A DNA stretch of 64,000 bases from an uncultured delta proteobacterium (GTDB lineage Bacteria > Myxococcota > Myxococcia > Myxococcales > Myxococcaceae). The stretch spans positions 384,001 through 448,000 of the forward strand of contig CAWCKH010000003.1 in assembly GCA_963796055.1 (NCBI GenBank). The letters run 5' to 3'. Positions 19,552 through 28,780 of the stretch are shown in pieces (the first letter of the stretch is position 1; every line of letters starts with the position of its first letter). Made by a program: the position numbers and the translations under genes. The notes under the pieces were generated by a model that saw only the letters and a list, made by a program, of their open reading frames with translations, was not told where the DNA came from and did not search any database.

Positions 19552-20715
19552 CTACGAGGCGCGCGCCGCCCAGACCTCGTCGTACGGGCAGCGACAGTCC
19601 GTCTCCTCGGGCTCCGGGTACACGTACCGCTTGCCCAGGTAGTTCCGGAAGACGGTCTCGTGCCCGCGGCGCTCCACCAGGTACTCGGGCTGGAGCGTCA
19701 CCTTCCCTCCCCCGCCCGGGAGGTCGACGGCGAGGTGCGGGACCGCGAGGCCGGTGGTGTGCCCGCGCAGCTGCTCGAGGATCGCGACCCCCGCGGAGAG
19801 CGGTGTTCGCAGGTGCTCCAGCCCCTCGGCCAGGTCCATCTGGTGCAGGTAGTACGGCCGCACGCGCGTCCTGAGCAGCGCGTGGTTCAGCTCCTTCAGG
19901 ATGCGGGCGTCCGAGTTCACCCGCCGCATGAGCACCGTCTGGTTCTCCACCGGCACGCCGTGGTCGACCAGCCGTTCGCAGGCGGCGCGGGCATCGGCGG
20001 TCAGCTCCTTGGGATGATTGAAGTGGGTGACCACGAAGAGCGGAGCGTGGCGGCGGAGGAGCCGCGCCAGCTCCTCGGTCACCCGCATCGGGAGCGTCAC
20101 CGGAACCCGGGTCCCGATGCGCAGCATCTCCACGTGGGGAATCGCCCGCAGCTCGCCGAGCAGCGCGTCCAGCCGCTCGTCCAGAAGCAAGAAGGGGTCA
20201 CCGCCCGAGACCAGCACGTCCCGGACCTCGCGGTGGGCGCGCACGTAGGCGACGCCGTCCGCCCAGGCATCCCGTCCGAGCACCGCCTCCCCACCCCGGG
20301 TGATGCGCCGCCGGGTGCAGTGGCGGCAGTAGGTCGAGCAGCTGTCGAGGGCAAGGAAGAGCACCCGGTCCGGGTACTTGTGCACGATGGCCGGCACCGG
20401 GCGATGCGGATCCTCGCCCAGGGGGTCGCGCAGCTCACCGGGTCGGATCCGTGCCTCCGCCCGGGTGGGAATCGCCTGCATCCGCACCGGACAGAAGGGG
20501 TGCTCCCGGTCGACCAGTGACAGGTAGTAGGGCGAGATGCCCAGGCGGAACAGATGCTGCGTCTCCACGCACCCGCGGCGCTCGTCGTCGGTCAACGGCA
20601 CCAGACGCGCCAGCAGCTCCAGGGAGCGGATGGAGTGGCGCATCTGCCACCGCCAGTCGCCCCACTGCTCCTCGGTCGCCTCGGGGAAGAGGCGGCGCCA
20701 GTCCGCACCCTGCAT
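19552..20715 (-). CDS. KamA-family radical SAM protein (lysine 2,3-aminomutase-like), copy 1
   Basis: WGDWRWQ, HKYPDRVL, CSTYCRHC, SGGDP, HFNHP and VDLPGGGGK. Confidence 0.9.
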   Translation of the reverse strand: MQGADWRRLFPEATEEQWGDWRWQMRHSIRSLELLARLVPLTDDERRGCVETQHLFRLGISPYYLSLVDREHPFCPVRMQAIPTRAEARIRPGELRDPLGEDPHRPVPAIVHKYPDRVLFLALDSCSTYCRHCTRRRITRGGEAVLGRDAWADGVAYVRAHREVRDVLVSGGDPFLLLDERLDALLGELRAIPHVEMLRIGTRVPVTLPMRVTEELARLLRRHAPLFVVTHFNHPKELTADARAACERLVDHGVPVENQTVLMRRVNSDARILKELNHALLRTRVRPYYLHQMDLAEGLEHLRTPLSAGVAILEQLRGHTTGLAVPHLAVDLPGGGGKVTLQPEYLVERRGHETVFRNYLGKRYVYPEPEETDCRCPYDEVWAARAS

Positions 20716-20729
20716 CGCGTGCTCGCCGC

Positions 20730-22142
20730 TCAGGCCCGGGCCTGCGCGCGCCACCACTCCTGGCCCGACTCGGGCAGCGTGTACACCGGGTCGTAGTACT
20801 CGTACCGCCGCTCGAGCGCGTAGGGGTCCGACAGCTCGATGCCCGTCCGGTAGTTCTTGGTCCAGTAGGAGATGCCGTGCTCGCGATCGTACTCCGCCAC
20901 CTGGTGCACCCAGCGCTTCCCCACGAACGGCACGTCACAGACGATGCGCGGCGTGGCGAACCCCGGCAGGTAGCCCATGATGTCGTGCTGGAGCTGCTGC
21001 GCCTCCGCCACCGACGTCCGCCAGTGCTCGGAGTTGGGGATGATGTCGCACATGTAAAAGTAATACGGGAGGATGTGTGCGTGGTCCTGCAGGGTGAAGC
21101 ACAGCTCCAGGAGATCCTTCGCCGTCGCGTTCACCCCGCGCAGCAGCACGCCCTGGTTCCGGATGTCACGGAACCCGGCATTCAGCACCGCATCGGCCGC
21201 CTTCTGCACCAGGGGGGTGAGCTGCCGGGCGTGGTTGACGTGGGTGTGGAGCGCGAGCTGCGCACCCCGCTCGAAGGCCTTCTTCGCCAGCCGGGCGAAC
21301 CCCTCGAGCACCTTGGGCTGGAGGAAGTGCTGTGGCAGCCCCATGAACCCCTTCGTGGCGAGCCGGATGTCACGGATGTTGGGAATGTCCAGCAGCTGGG
21401 AGACGAAGCTCTCCAGGGTCTGGATGGGGAGGTTCGCCACGTCGCCGCCCGAGACCACCACGTCGCGCACGCCGGGGGTCCGGCGGAGGTACTCGAGGAT
21501 CTTCTCGTAGCGCTCGGGCTGGGGCAGCGCGAAGCGATGCTTCTCCACCTGGGGCACGTCGTTGCCCACCAGGTCCATGCGGGTGCAGTGGCCGCAGTAC
21601 TGAGGACAGGTGGAGAGCATCTCGGCCAGCACCTTGGTCGGGTAGCGGTGGGTCAGCCCCTCCACCACCCACATGTCTGCCTCGTGAAGGCTGTCGCGGC
21701 TGGCGCGGGGGTGGTTCGGCCAGTCGGATCGCCGGTCGACGAAGGCCGGGAGCATGTACCTGCGCACCGGGCAGTGCCACAGGTCGTCCAGATCCATGGT
21801 GTTCAACATCTGCGGCGGGATGAGGATCGACATCGTCGCCCGCTCCCGCTGGTCCCGGTCGACGCTCGCCAGCAGCGTGTCGGGGATGAGGTCGCCGAGG
21901 GCGTCCTTCAATTCCCGGAGGTTCTTGACCGTGTGCCGCCGCTGCCACAGCGCGCTCTCCCAGTCGGCGCGGGAGGCGGAGCGGTAACCGGGAATGCGGG
22001 TCCAGTCCGGCTCCCGGAACTCCCGCTCGAGCGGATAGACGAAGGGCTGAGGCGCGGTGGCGGCCACCGGTGGGCGGCCGCCCGGCGACACGGCCGCGCC
22101 ACCGCGCGCGGGCGCCAGAGGGTTGAGGGGCTTCACGTCCAT
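20730..22142 (-). CDS. KamA-family radical SAM protein (lysine 2,3-aminomutase-like), divergent copy 2
   Basis: HRYPTKVL, CPQYCGHC, SGGD, HVNH, YYFYMCD and CDVPFVGK. Confidence 0.9.
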   Translation of the reverse strand: MDVKPLNPLAPARGGAAVSPGGRPPVAATAPQPFVYPLEREFREPDWTRIPGYRSASRADWESALWQRRHTVKNLRELKDALGDLIPDTLLASVDRDQRERATMSILIPPQMLNTMDLDDLWHCPVRRYMLPAFVDRRSDWPNHPRASRDSLHEADMWVVEGLTHRYPTKVLAEMLSTCPQYCGHCTRMDLVGNDVPQVEKHRFALPQPERYEKILEYLRRTPGVRDVVVSGGDVANLPIQTLESFVSQLLDIPNIRDIRLATKGFMGLPQHFLQPKVLEGFARLAKKAFERGAQLALHTHVNHARQLTPLVQKAADAVLNAGFRDIRNQGVLLRGVNATAKDLLELCFTLQDHAHILPYYFYMCDIIPNSEHWRTSVAEAQQLQHDIMGYLPGFATPRIVCDVPFVGKRWVHQVAEYDREHGISYWTKNYRTGIELSDPYALERRYEYYDPVYTLPESGQEWWRAQARA

Positions 22143-22213
22143 GAGATGAGCGGTCCTACTACAGAACGTGCAGCCCGGGGCTTCCCGGAGAGGGAGCGTC
22201 TCCAGACGGCCGG

Positions 22214-22909
22214 TCAGCCCCTCAGCCCACCCACCCGGAACATCAGCTCGAGGAAGAGCCCGTGAATGCCCAGCCCCCGGAGGGGCAGCGCGAAGACCGA
22301 TCCGTCCCGGAGACGGGCCGGGACCGAGAGCTGGACCAGCTCCTCGTGCTCCACCATGCCCTGCCCGTTGCAACGGCTGCAGGCGAACGGGCCGATGGAC
22401 CCCGAGCCGTGGCAGGAGCGGCAGGGGTAGAAGACCGGGACGGTGAGCTCGAGCAGCCCGCCGCGGGCGGCGCGGTCCGGTGGGAGCACCACCTCGAGCC
22501 GGAGCGCCTCCGGGCGCTGCGACTTGGGCAGGTCCGGATGGGTGAAGCTCCGGCGAAACCGGCTGGCCACCTCCTGAAGGCCGGGCCGGCGGACCGCGAA
22601 GTCGCGAAAGAGCGAGATGGGCACCGGCGCCAGCGGCTCGGCCTCGGGCCATGGCGCGGGCGTGATGGGCCGGCGGCGCTCCACCATGCGCTCGCCTCCA
22701 TCGCGCAGACCCGCATCGTAGGAAGCCCGGCGGTCCGGATCCGCGAGCACCCGGTACGCCGCGACGATGTCCTGGAAGAAGGGCATTCCTTGCGAGCCGG
22801 CGCGGTCCGGGTGGTAGCGCTGGACGAGCTCGCGAAACGCGCTGCGGATTCCGTGCGACGACTCGAGGGGATCGACCCCCAGGACGACGTAGTAGTTCCT
22901 GGTCTCCAT
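22214..22909 (-). CDS. Short J-domain protein with a zinc finger
   Basis: NYYVVLGV, YHPD, DPDRRASYD, CRSCHGSG and CSRCNGQG. Confidence 0.85.
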   Translation of the reverse strand: METRNYYVVLGVDPLESSHGIRSAFRELVQRYHPDRAGSQGMPFFQDIVAAYRVLADPDRRASYDAGLRDGGERMVERRRPITPAPWPEAEPLAPVPISLFRDFAVRRPGLQEVASRFRRSFTHPDLPKSQRPEALRLEVVLPPDRAARGGLLELTVPVFYPCRSCHGSGSIGPFACSRCNGQGMVEHEELVQLSVPARLRDGSVFALPLRGLGIHGLFLELMFRVGGLRG

Positions 22910-23078
22910 CGGCCCTCCGGCGGGCGAGCGACGGACCTCGGCCAGGAGGTCGGGGCAACTTCGCCCGAGCCAGAAGCGACCACTAACGCAGCCCGGGGCG
23001 CAGTCAAGCCTCGCCTGCCGGCCAGGTGGCGGACCGGTTGTTGCACCCCGGAGGGTGTCCGTCACCAGGAGACGCATC

Positions 23079-23681
23079 ATGGCCACCGTCCTCGTCGTCT
23101 ATGCCACCCGCGACGGGCAGACCCGGAAGATTGCCGAGCGCATCGCGACCGTTCTCCGGGTCCGCCGTCACGCCGTCGAGCTGCTCGACGCCGCCCGGCC
23201 GTCCCGCGAGCTGGACCTCGGGCGCTTCCAGGCGGTCTTCGTCGGCTCGCCGATCCACGCCCAGGGATACCTGCGACCCGTCGTTCGGTTCGTCCAGGAG
23301 CACCGCGCGGCGCTCGAGCGCGTCCCGACCTTGTTCTTTTCGGTGGGGCTCGCGGTGCTCAGCAAGGTGAGCGACGGCCGGGCGCAGACCATGGAGATCG
23401 TCGACAAGCTCATCGCCACCACCGGCTGGCGTCCCGGGCGGATCGAGCTGGTCGCCGGGGCGCTCCCGTACACCCGGTACAACTTCCTCGTTCGCTTCGT
23501 GATGCGGCGGATCTCGAAGAAGGAGGGCGGGGACACCGATACCTCGCGCGACTACGAGTACACCGACTGGAGCGCGGTCGACCGCTTCGCGCTCGAGCTC
23601 GTGGACGAGGCCACGGCGAGGCGCGCCCCCGGGGCACCGACCCCACCCACCCGGGGCACGGGCCCGGAGGCGCGGGCATGA
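23079..23681 (+). CDS. Flavodoxin-domain protein, HemG-like protoporphyrinogen oxidase
   Basis: VYATRDGQTRKIAE, FFSVGL, AGALPYTRY and DTSRDYEYTDW. Confidence 0.85.
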   Translation: MATVLVVYATRDGQTRKIAERIATVLRVRRHAVELLDAARPSRELDLGRFQAVFVGSPIHAQGYLRPVVRFVQEHRAALERVPTLFFSVGLAVLSKVSDGRAQTMEIVDKLIATTGWRPGRIELVAGALPYTRYNFLVRFVMRRISKKEGGDTDTSRDYEYTDWSAVDRFALELVDEATARRAPGAPTPPTRGTGPEARA

Positions 23682-24142
23682 GCGCGTCCCCGGATGGAGT
23701 CAGCCGCGCCTTCCAGACCTTTCTGGACGAGGCACCAGGACAGGCAGAGGCGTGGCTGGGCGCGGCCCGAAGGCTGGAGGAAGCCACCGCGCTCGACGAG
23801 AAGACCTTGCACCTTGCCTACTTGGCCGTGCTCGCGGCGATGCGCCTCCAGGGGGGCCTTCCGGCACATGTCCAGCTCGCCCGGGAGGCGGGCGCTTCGC
23901 GTGCGGAGATCGCGAGCGCGGTGCTGGTGGGACTCCCGGCCGCCGGGAACATGGTCATCCAGTCACTGCCCATCGCGCTCGCAGCCTACGATGCGGCGGA
24001 ACGTTCCAGCAGGGACGGTCAGGCGACGGCGCGAACGCAACCGGTGCGCCCCGGTCGACGAAGGGCGCAGCCACTGCAGAGGGGTCACTCGAAGCGGAGC
24101 GCGTCGATGGGATCCAGGCGCGAGGCCTTCCGCGCCGGGTAG
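23678..24142 (+). CDS. Carboxymuconolactone decarboxylase/AhpD-like protein
   Basis: ALDEKTLHLAYLAVLAA and HVQLAREAGASRAEIASAVLVGLPAAG; ATGA-coupled to the HemG-like gene; the tail overlaps the convergent gene. Confidence 0.8.
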   Translation: MSASPDGVSRAFQTFLDEAPGQAEAWLGAARRLEEATALDEKTLHLAYLAVLAAMRLQGGLPAHVQLAREAGASRAEIASAVLVGLPAAGNMVIQSLPIALAAYDAAERSSRDGQATARTQPVRPGRRRAQPLQRGHSKRSASMGSRREAFRAG

Positions 24143-25314
24143 AGGCCGAACACCACCCCCACCAGCGCGCTGAACCCCAGCGAGAGGACCACCGTCCCGG
24201 CGCGGATGATGGTGGGCCAGTGGAACTCGTGCGCCAGCAGCAGCGCTGCGCCGATGCCGACCGCCACGCCGATCAACCCGCCGCCCGCCGAGAGCGCGAG
24301 GGCCTCGGCCACGAACTGGGTCAGGATGTCGCCCGGCTTTCCCCCCACCGCCATGCGGATGCCGATCTCCCGCGTCCGCTCGGTGACGCTGACCAGCATG
24401 ATGTTCATGATGCCGATCCCACCCACCAGCAGCGAGACCGCGGCGATGCTGGCCAGCAGCGTGGTCAGTACCTGGGTGCCCTGGGCCTGGGCGCTGGCGA
24501 TCTCCGAGAGGTTCCGGACCGAGAAGTCGTCGTCGATGCCCGGGGCCAGCCGGTGCCGATCACGGAGGAGCCCGGCGATCTGCTGCTGCGCGCGACCGGT
24601 CGCGTCGGCCGACACCGCGCCCACGAAGATGGCGCCGGGGAGGAACTTGCTCAGCCCACCTTGGATCTTGGCCTGGAACGTGGTGACCGGAACGAAGGCC
24701 GCATCGTCGTAGTCCTGCCCCATGGGTGACTGGCCCTTCTTCGCCAGCACCCCGATGACCTGGAAGGGCACCATCTTGATCCGCACCGTGCGGCCCACCG
24801 GATTGGCGCCCGTACCGTAGAGCTTCTCCACCACCGTCTGCCCGAGCCACACCACCTTCGCCCCTGCGGTGACGTCCTCGGCGGTCATCCGCTGGCCAGC
24901 CGCGACGGACCAGTTCCGGATCTGGAAGTACTCGGGCGTCGTGCCCACCGCCGGGGTGGTCCAGTTCTGCTCCTCCGCCTGGACCACGCTCGCTGCCCGC
25001 AGCACCGGCGCGGCGAGCTTCACTGCGCTCAGCTCGGTCTGGATCGCCTTCAGGTCCTCCCAGGTCAGGGTGGGCTGGGTTCCGAATCCCCCTTGCATTC
25101 CACCGGTCGCCGTGGAGCCCGAGAGAACGATGAGGAGGTTGGTCCCCATCGACTCGAAGGTCTGCTGCACCCGGTACTTCGCGCCCTCGCCGATGGCGGT
25201 CATGGCGATCACCGCGGCCACCCCGATGACCACCCCGAGCGTTGTCAGGAAGGAGCGCAGCCGGTTGCGCCCGAGCGCACGGCCGGCGAGCCGCACCAGG
25301 GTGCCCGCTCTCAT
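24085..25314 (-). CDS. MacB-family ABC permease
   Basis: [44 protein letters not shown] and [15 protein letters not shown]. Confidence 0.92.
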   Translation of the reverse strand: MRAGTLVRLAGRALGRNRLRSFLTTLGVVIGVAAVIAMTAIGEGAKYRVQQTFESMGTNLLIVLSGSTATGGMQGGFGTQPTLTWEDLKAIQTELSAVKLAAPVLRAASVVQAEEQNWTTPAVGTTPEYFQIRNWSVAAGQRMTAEDVTAGAKVVWLGQTVVEKLYGTGANPVGRTVRIKMVPFQVIGVLAKKGQSPMGQDYDDAAFVPVTTFQAKIQGGLSKFLPGAIFVGAVSADATGRAQQQIAGLLRDRHRLAPGIDDDFSVRNLSEIASAQAQGTQVLTTLLASIAAVSLLVGGIGIMNIMLVSVTERTREIGIRMAVGGKPGDILTQFVAEALALSAGGGLIGVAVGIGAALLLAHEFHWPTIIRAGTVVLSLGFSALVGVVFGLYPARKASRLDPIDALRFE

Positions 25315-26049
25315 GCGGTGGCCTCCGCCGGCATCGAGACCAGGCTGGGATCGGCCCGCATCGGGCTCTGCCGGCGGTCGCTGAGGATGCGTCCGTCGCG
25401 CATCCCCACCATCCGCCCGGCACAGCGGCCGATGTCCGCCTCGTGGGTGACCAGAAGGATGGTCACCCCTGCCCGGCCGAGCTCCTGGAAGATCTGCATC
25501 ACCTCCATGCTGGTGCGGGTGTCGAGCGCGCCGGTGGGCTCGTCGGCCACGATGAGTCGCGGGTCGTTCACCACTGCGCGGGCGATGGCGACCCGCTGCT
25601 GCTGTCCACCCGACAGCTGGTTCGGTGGATGCGCCGCGCGGTCGGCGAGGCCCACCCGCTCGAGGGCACCGAGCGCGCGCTCCCGCCGCTCCCGCGCGGG
25701 GAGCCCGGCGTATACCAGCGGCAGCTCCACGTTCTCCAGCGCGGTGGTCCGCGGGAGCAGGTTGAAGTGCTGGAAGACGAAGCCAATCTGTCGGTTACGC
25801 ACCTCGGCCAGACGCGCCCGCGAGAGCCCGCCCATCTCGGCGCCGCCGAGGCGGTACGTGCCCGAGGTGGGTCGATCCAGGCAGCCGACGATGTTCATCA
25901 AGGTCGACTTGCCCGAGCCGGAAGGGCCCATCACCGCCACGAACTCGCCCTCGTCGATGCGGAGGTCCACGTGTTGCAGCGCCGGGACCTCCACCTCGCC
26001 CATCCGGTAGATCTTGCTCACGTCCTCGAGCGGAGATCAGCGGCGCCAC
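25311..26049 (-). CDS. MacB/LolD-type ABC ATP-binding protein with an apparent +1 frameshift at about 26032
   Basis: [17 protein letters not shown] and ADEPTG. A GAGG SD precedes GTG 26049, and removing one base gives [14 protein letters not shown]. Confidence 0.88.
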
Positions 26050-26059
26050 CGGTACGCCT

Positions 26060-27331
26060 CTAGAAGACCCGGCCATAGCTGCCCGGTCCGCTCCTGGACG
26101 GCGCCACTGCCTCGGTGACCACGGCGTCGCCGTGGTCGAGGCCTCCCTCGAGCACCTCCGAGAGCACGCCATCCGAGACGCCGATGCGAACAGGCACTGG
26201 ACGCGGCTGGCCGTCCCGGAGCACCCACAGCAGCCGCTGGTCCGGCCGGAGGACCGGAACGGCAGGAGCGCCGCTCACCATCGCCGGGGGAGCCCGGAAG
26301 CGCACCGCCGCGTTCGGCACCCGGAGGACGTCGGCCCGGTCGGCGTAGACCACCGTCACGTTCGCGGTCATCCCGGGCTTCAGCTTGAGCTCGAGGTTGT
26401 CCACGTCGATGACCGCGTCGTAAGTGACCACGTTCTGCACGGTCTGGGGCGCGTTGCGCACCTCCCGGATGGTCCCGCGGAACGTCTCCGCGGGGTAGGC
26501 GTCGACGGTGAAGCTCGCCGCCATCCCCGCGGCGATGCGCCCCACGTCCGCCTCGGCCACGCTGGTGTCCACTTGCATTCTCCGGAGGTCCTGGGCCACG
26601 AGGAACAGCGTGGGCGACTGAAGGGTGGCGGCGACGGTCTGCCCCACGTCCACGTTCCGCGAGATGACGACTCCGTCGATTGGCGCGACGATGGTGGTGT
26701 AGGCCAGGTTGATCTCCGCCTGGTGCAACGTGGCCCGGGCGTCCGCCTCCTGCGCCAGCGCGGCGCGGCCCTGCGCCTGCGAGACCCGAAGTGCCGTCTC
26801 GCTGTCGTCCAGCGCGGACTGCGACACCAGGGACTCCTTGCGCAGGGCCCGGTTTCGCTCGGTCTGGATCCGGGCATTGGCGAGCTGCGACTCGGCGAGC
26901 TGACGGTTAGCGGCCGCGGTCTGGACCTTCGCCCTCGCCTGCTCGACGGCTGCCGCGTACAGCGAGGGGTCGATGCGGGCGACCACCTGCCCCTTGCGGA
27001 CGACCGTGTTGAAGTCGGCGCCGAGCCACTGGATGCGTCCAGAGATCTGGCTCCCCACCTGCACCGTGACCAGCGCCGAGAGCGTCCCCGAGGCAGTCAC
27101 CCGCGCCTGGATCGGCCCCCGAGAGACCAGGGTGGTCTCGAACTTGAAGACGCTCGGCTTGACCTGGCGTGGACGGAGCGCCTCGAACACCAGCGCCACG
27201 ACGACCGCCAGCAGCACCAGCCCCCCCGCGAGCAAGGGACGCCAGTGCCGTCGCAACCAGCCGCTGGCCGGACGGTCGCGACGGTCGGGCTCCTCGCCCG
27301 TGGCGACCACTCCGCGGTGCACCGATTCCAT
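26060..27331 (-). CDS. MacA-type periplasmic adaptor (membrane fusion protein)
   Basis: One TM segment, VQVGSQISG, IVAPIDGVVISRNVDVGQTVAA and LKPGMTA. Confidence 0.9.
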   Translation of the reverse strand: MESVHRGVVATGEEPDRRDRPASGWLRRHWRPLLAGGLVLLAVVVALVFEALRPRQVKPSVFKFETTLVSRGPIQARVTASGTLSALVTVQVGSQISGRIQWLGADFNTVVRKGQVVARIDPSLYAAAVEQARAKVQTAAANRQLAESQLANARIQTERNRALRKESLVSQSALDDSETALRVSQAQGRAALAQEADARATLHQAEINLAYTTIVAPIDGVVISRNVDVGQTVAATLQSPTLFLVAQDLRRMQVDTSVAEADVGRIAAGMAASFTVDAYPAETFRGTIREVRNAPQTVQNVVTYDAVIDVDNLELKLKPGMTANVTVVYADRADVLRVPNAAVRFRAPPAMVSGAPAVPVLRPDQRLLWVLRDGQPRPVPVRIGVSDGVLSEVLEGGLDHGDAVVTEAVAPSRSGPGSYGRVF

Positions 27332-27523
27332 GCTCCACCATGCTGCATCGCGCATGCCCGTGAACCCCTGGAAGATCGCGGAGATGTCCACGGCGCGGCG
27401 CAGTTCCTGCGCGACGCAGCTCCCCGGCGCAGGGCAGGCGCATCGACTTCGCCCGAGCCACCTCCGGCGCACGCTGGACCGCAGAGCCCGGGGCCCACGA
27501 GTTGCACGTGGGCCTTCCCCGGC

Positions 27524-28780
27524 ATGGACGAACGACCGGACCGCGTGGCCGGGGCGATGACCCTGATGACCGGCTTCGCCGAGCGCACCGGTGTGGTCGG
27601 CGAGCGGCCACAGGTCCGGTACCTGTGGACGGACGCCTTCGCGCTCTGCAACCTCGTCGGGCTGGCGCGGGTCCTGGGCAGGCCCGGGCTGCTCCGGCTC
27701 GCCGGGCTGCTGGTGGCCCGCGTCCACCACACGCTCGGACGTCACCGGCCGGACGACGCTCGCGCCGGCTGGATCAGCGGCGCCAGCGACGCCGAGGGCG
27801 AGGCACACCCCACCCGGGGCGGACTGCGCATCGGCAAGCGGCTCCCGGAGCAGGCTCCGGGTCAGCCGGCGGACGACCGCCTGGAGTGGGACCGCGACGG
27901 GCAATACTTTCACTACCTGACGCGCTGGATGCACGGGCTCGACCAGCTCGCGTGCGCAACTGGCGACGCGTCCCTCAACCTCTGGGCCCGCGAGCTCGCC
28001 GCCGCGGCCTTCGCCGGGTTCGTGCTGCCCGGACCGGAAGCGCCCTCTCGGCTGGCCTGGAAGATGAGCATCGACCTCTCGCGGCCGCTGGTCGCCTCGA
28101 TGGGACAGCACGATGCCCTGGACGGGGCCGTCGCCTGCGCCCAGCTACGGCAGACCGCGGCGGCGTTCGGCGCTCCTCCGGAGGGACCCGGGCTGGAGCA
28201 CGAGGAGCGGGTACTGCGGGACATCGCCGAGCGCGTCGCCTGGCCCACCGCGGACCCCCTCGGAATCGGAGGCCTCCTGGCCGATGCCGCGTGGACCGCC
28301 CAGCTCGTCGCCGCCGGGGCGTTCGACGCCCCGCTCCTCCTGCCGCGGCTGCTGGAGTCTGCGCTCCCGGGACTGCAGCACCTCCGCGCCGTCTCCGAGC
28401 TCGAGGGCGACCCGGCCCGCCGGCTGCCCTTTCGTGAGCTGGGGCTGGCCATCGGCCTCGAGGCGCTCGGGGTCGTCGACCTCGCGCTGCAAGCCGCGCC
28501 CGACCGCTTCGCCGAACGAGAACGGACGAAGCGGATGCTCCGCAGCCTCCAGGAGCACCTGCCGTTCGGTGCGGCGCTCCGCGCCTTCTGGCTCGAGCCC
28601 CGGAACCAGAGAGCGCCGACCTGGAGCGACCACCTGGACATCAACGCGGTGATGCTCGCCACGAGCCTGGTGCCGGAGGGTTACCTGGTGCTGCGGGCTC
28701 CCGAGCCGTCGCCGGACGGCGCCGCGGCCGGGGGCGCTCCGGAGCTCACTTCACCGCGCCGGTCGTCATCCCCGAGATGA
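27524..28780 (+). CDS. Conserved-looking hypothetical protein (RYLWTDAF / DGQYFHYL type)
   Basis: Protein-like ORF with RYLWTDAF, GGLRIGK, DGQYFHYLTRWMH and HLDINAVMLATSL blocks; start could also be ATG 27557. Confidence 0.75.
   Translation: MDERPDRVAGAMTLMTGFAERTGVVGERPQVRYLWTDAFALCNLVGLARVLGRPGLLRLAGLLVARVHHTLGRHRPDDARAGWISGASDAEGEAHPTRGGLRIGKRLPEQAPGQPADDRLEWDRDGQYFHYLTRWMHGLDQLACATGDASLNLWARELAAAAFAGFVLPGPEAPSRLAWKMSIDLSRPLVASMGQHDALDGAVACAQLRQTAAAFGAPPEGPGLEHEERVLRDIAERVAWPTADPLGIGGLLADAAWTAQLVAAGAFDAPLLLPRLLESALPGLQHLRAVSELEGDPARRLPFRELGLAIGLEALGVVDLALQAAPDRFAERERTKRMLRSLQEHLPFGAALRAFWLEPRNQRAPTWSDHLDINAVMLATSLVPEGYLVLRAPEPSPDGAAAGGAPELTSPRRSSSPR

Noticed and set aside
23028..23045. 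Sigma54-like GG-N10-GC upstream of the HemG-like gene
   Set aside because: The -24 element matches TGGCAC poorly.
3340..26062. Programmed frameshifting or phase variation at the three frameshifts
   Set aside because: There are no slippery heptamers or long homopolymers; single-base doubling fits sequencing error better.
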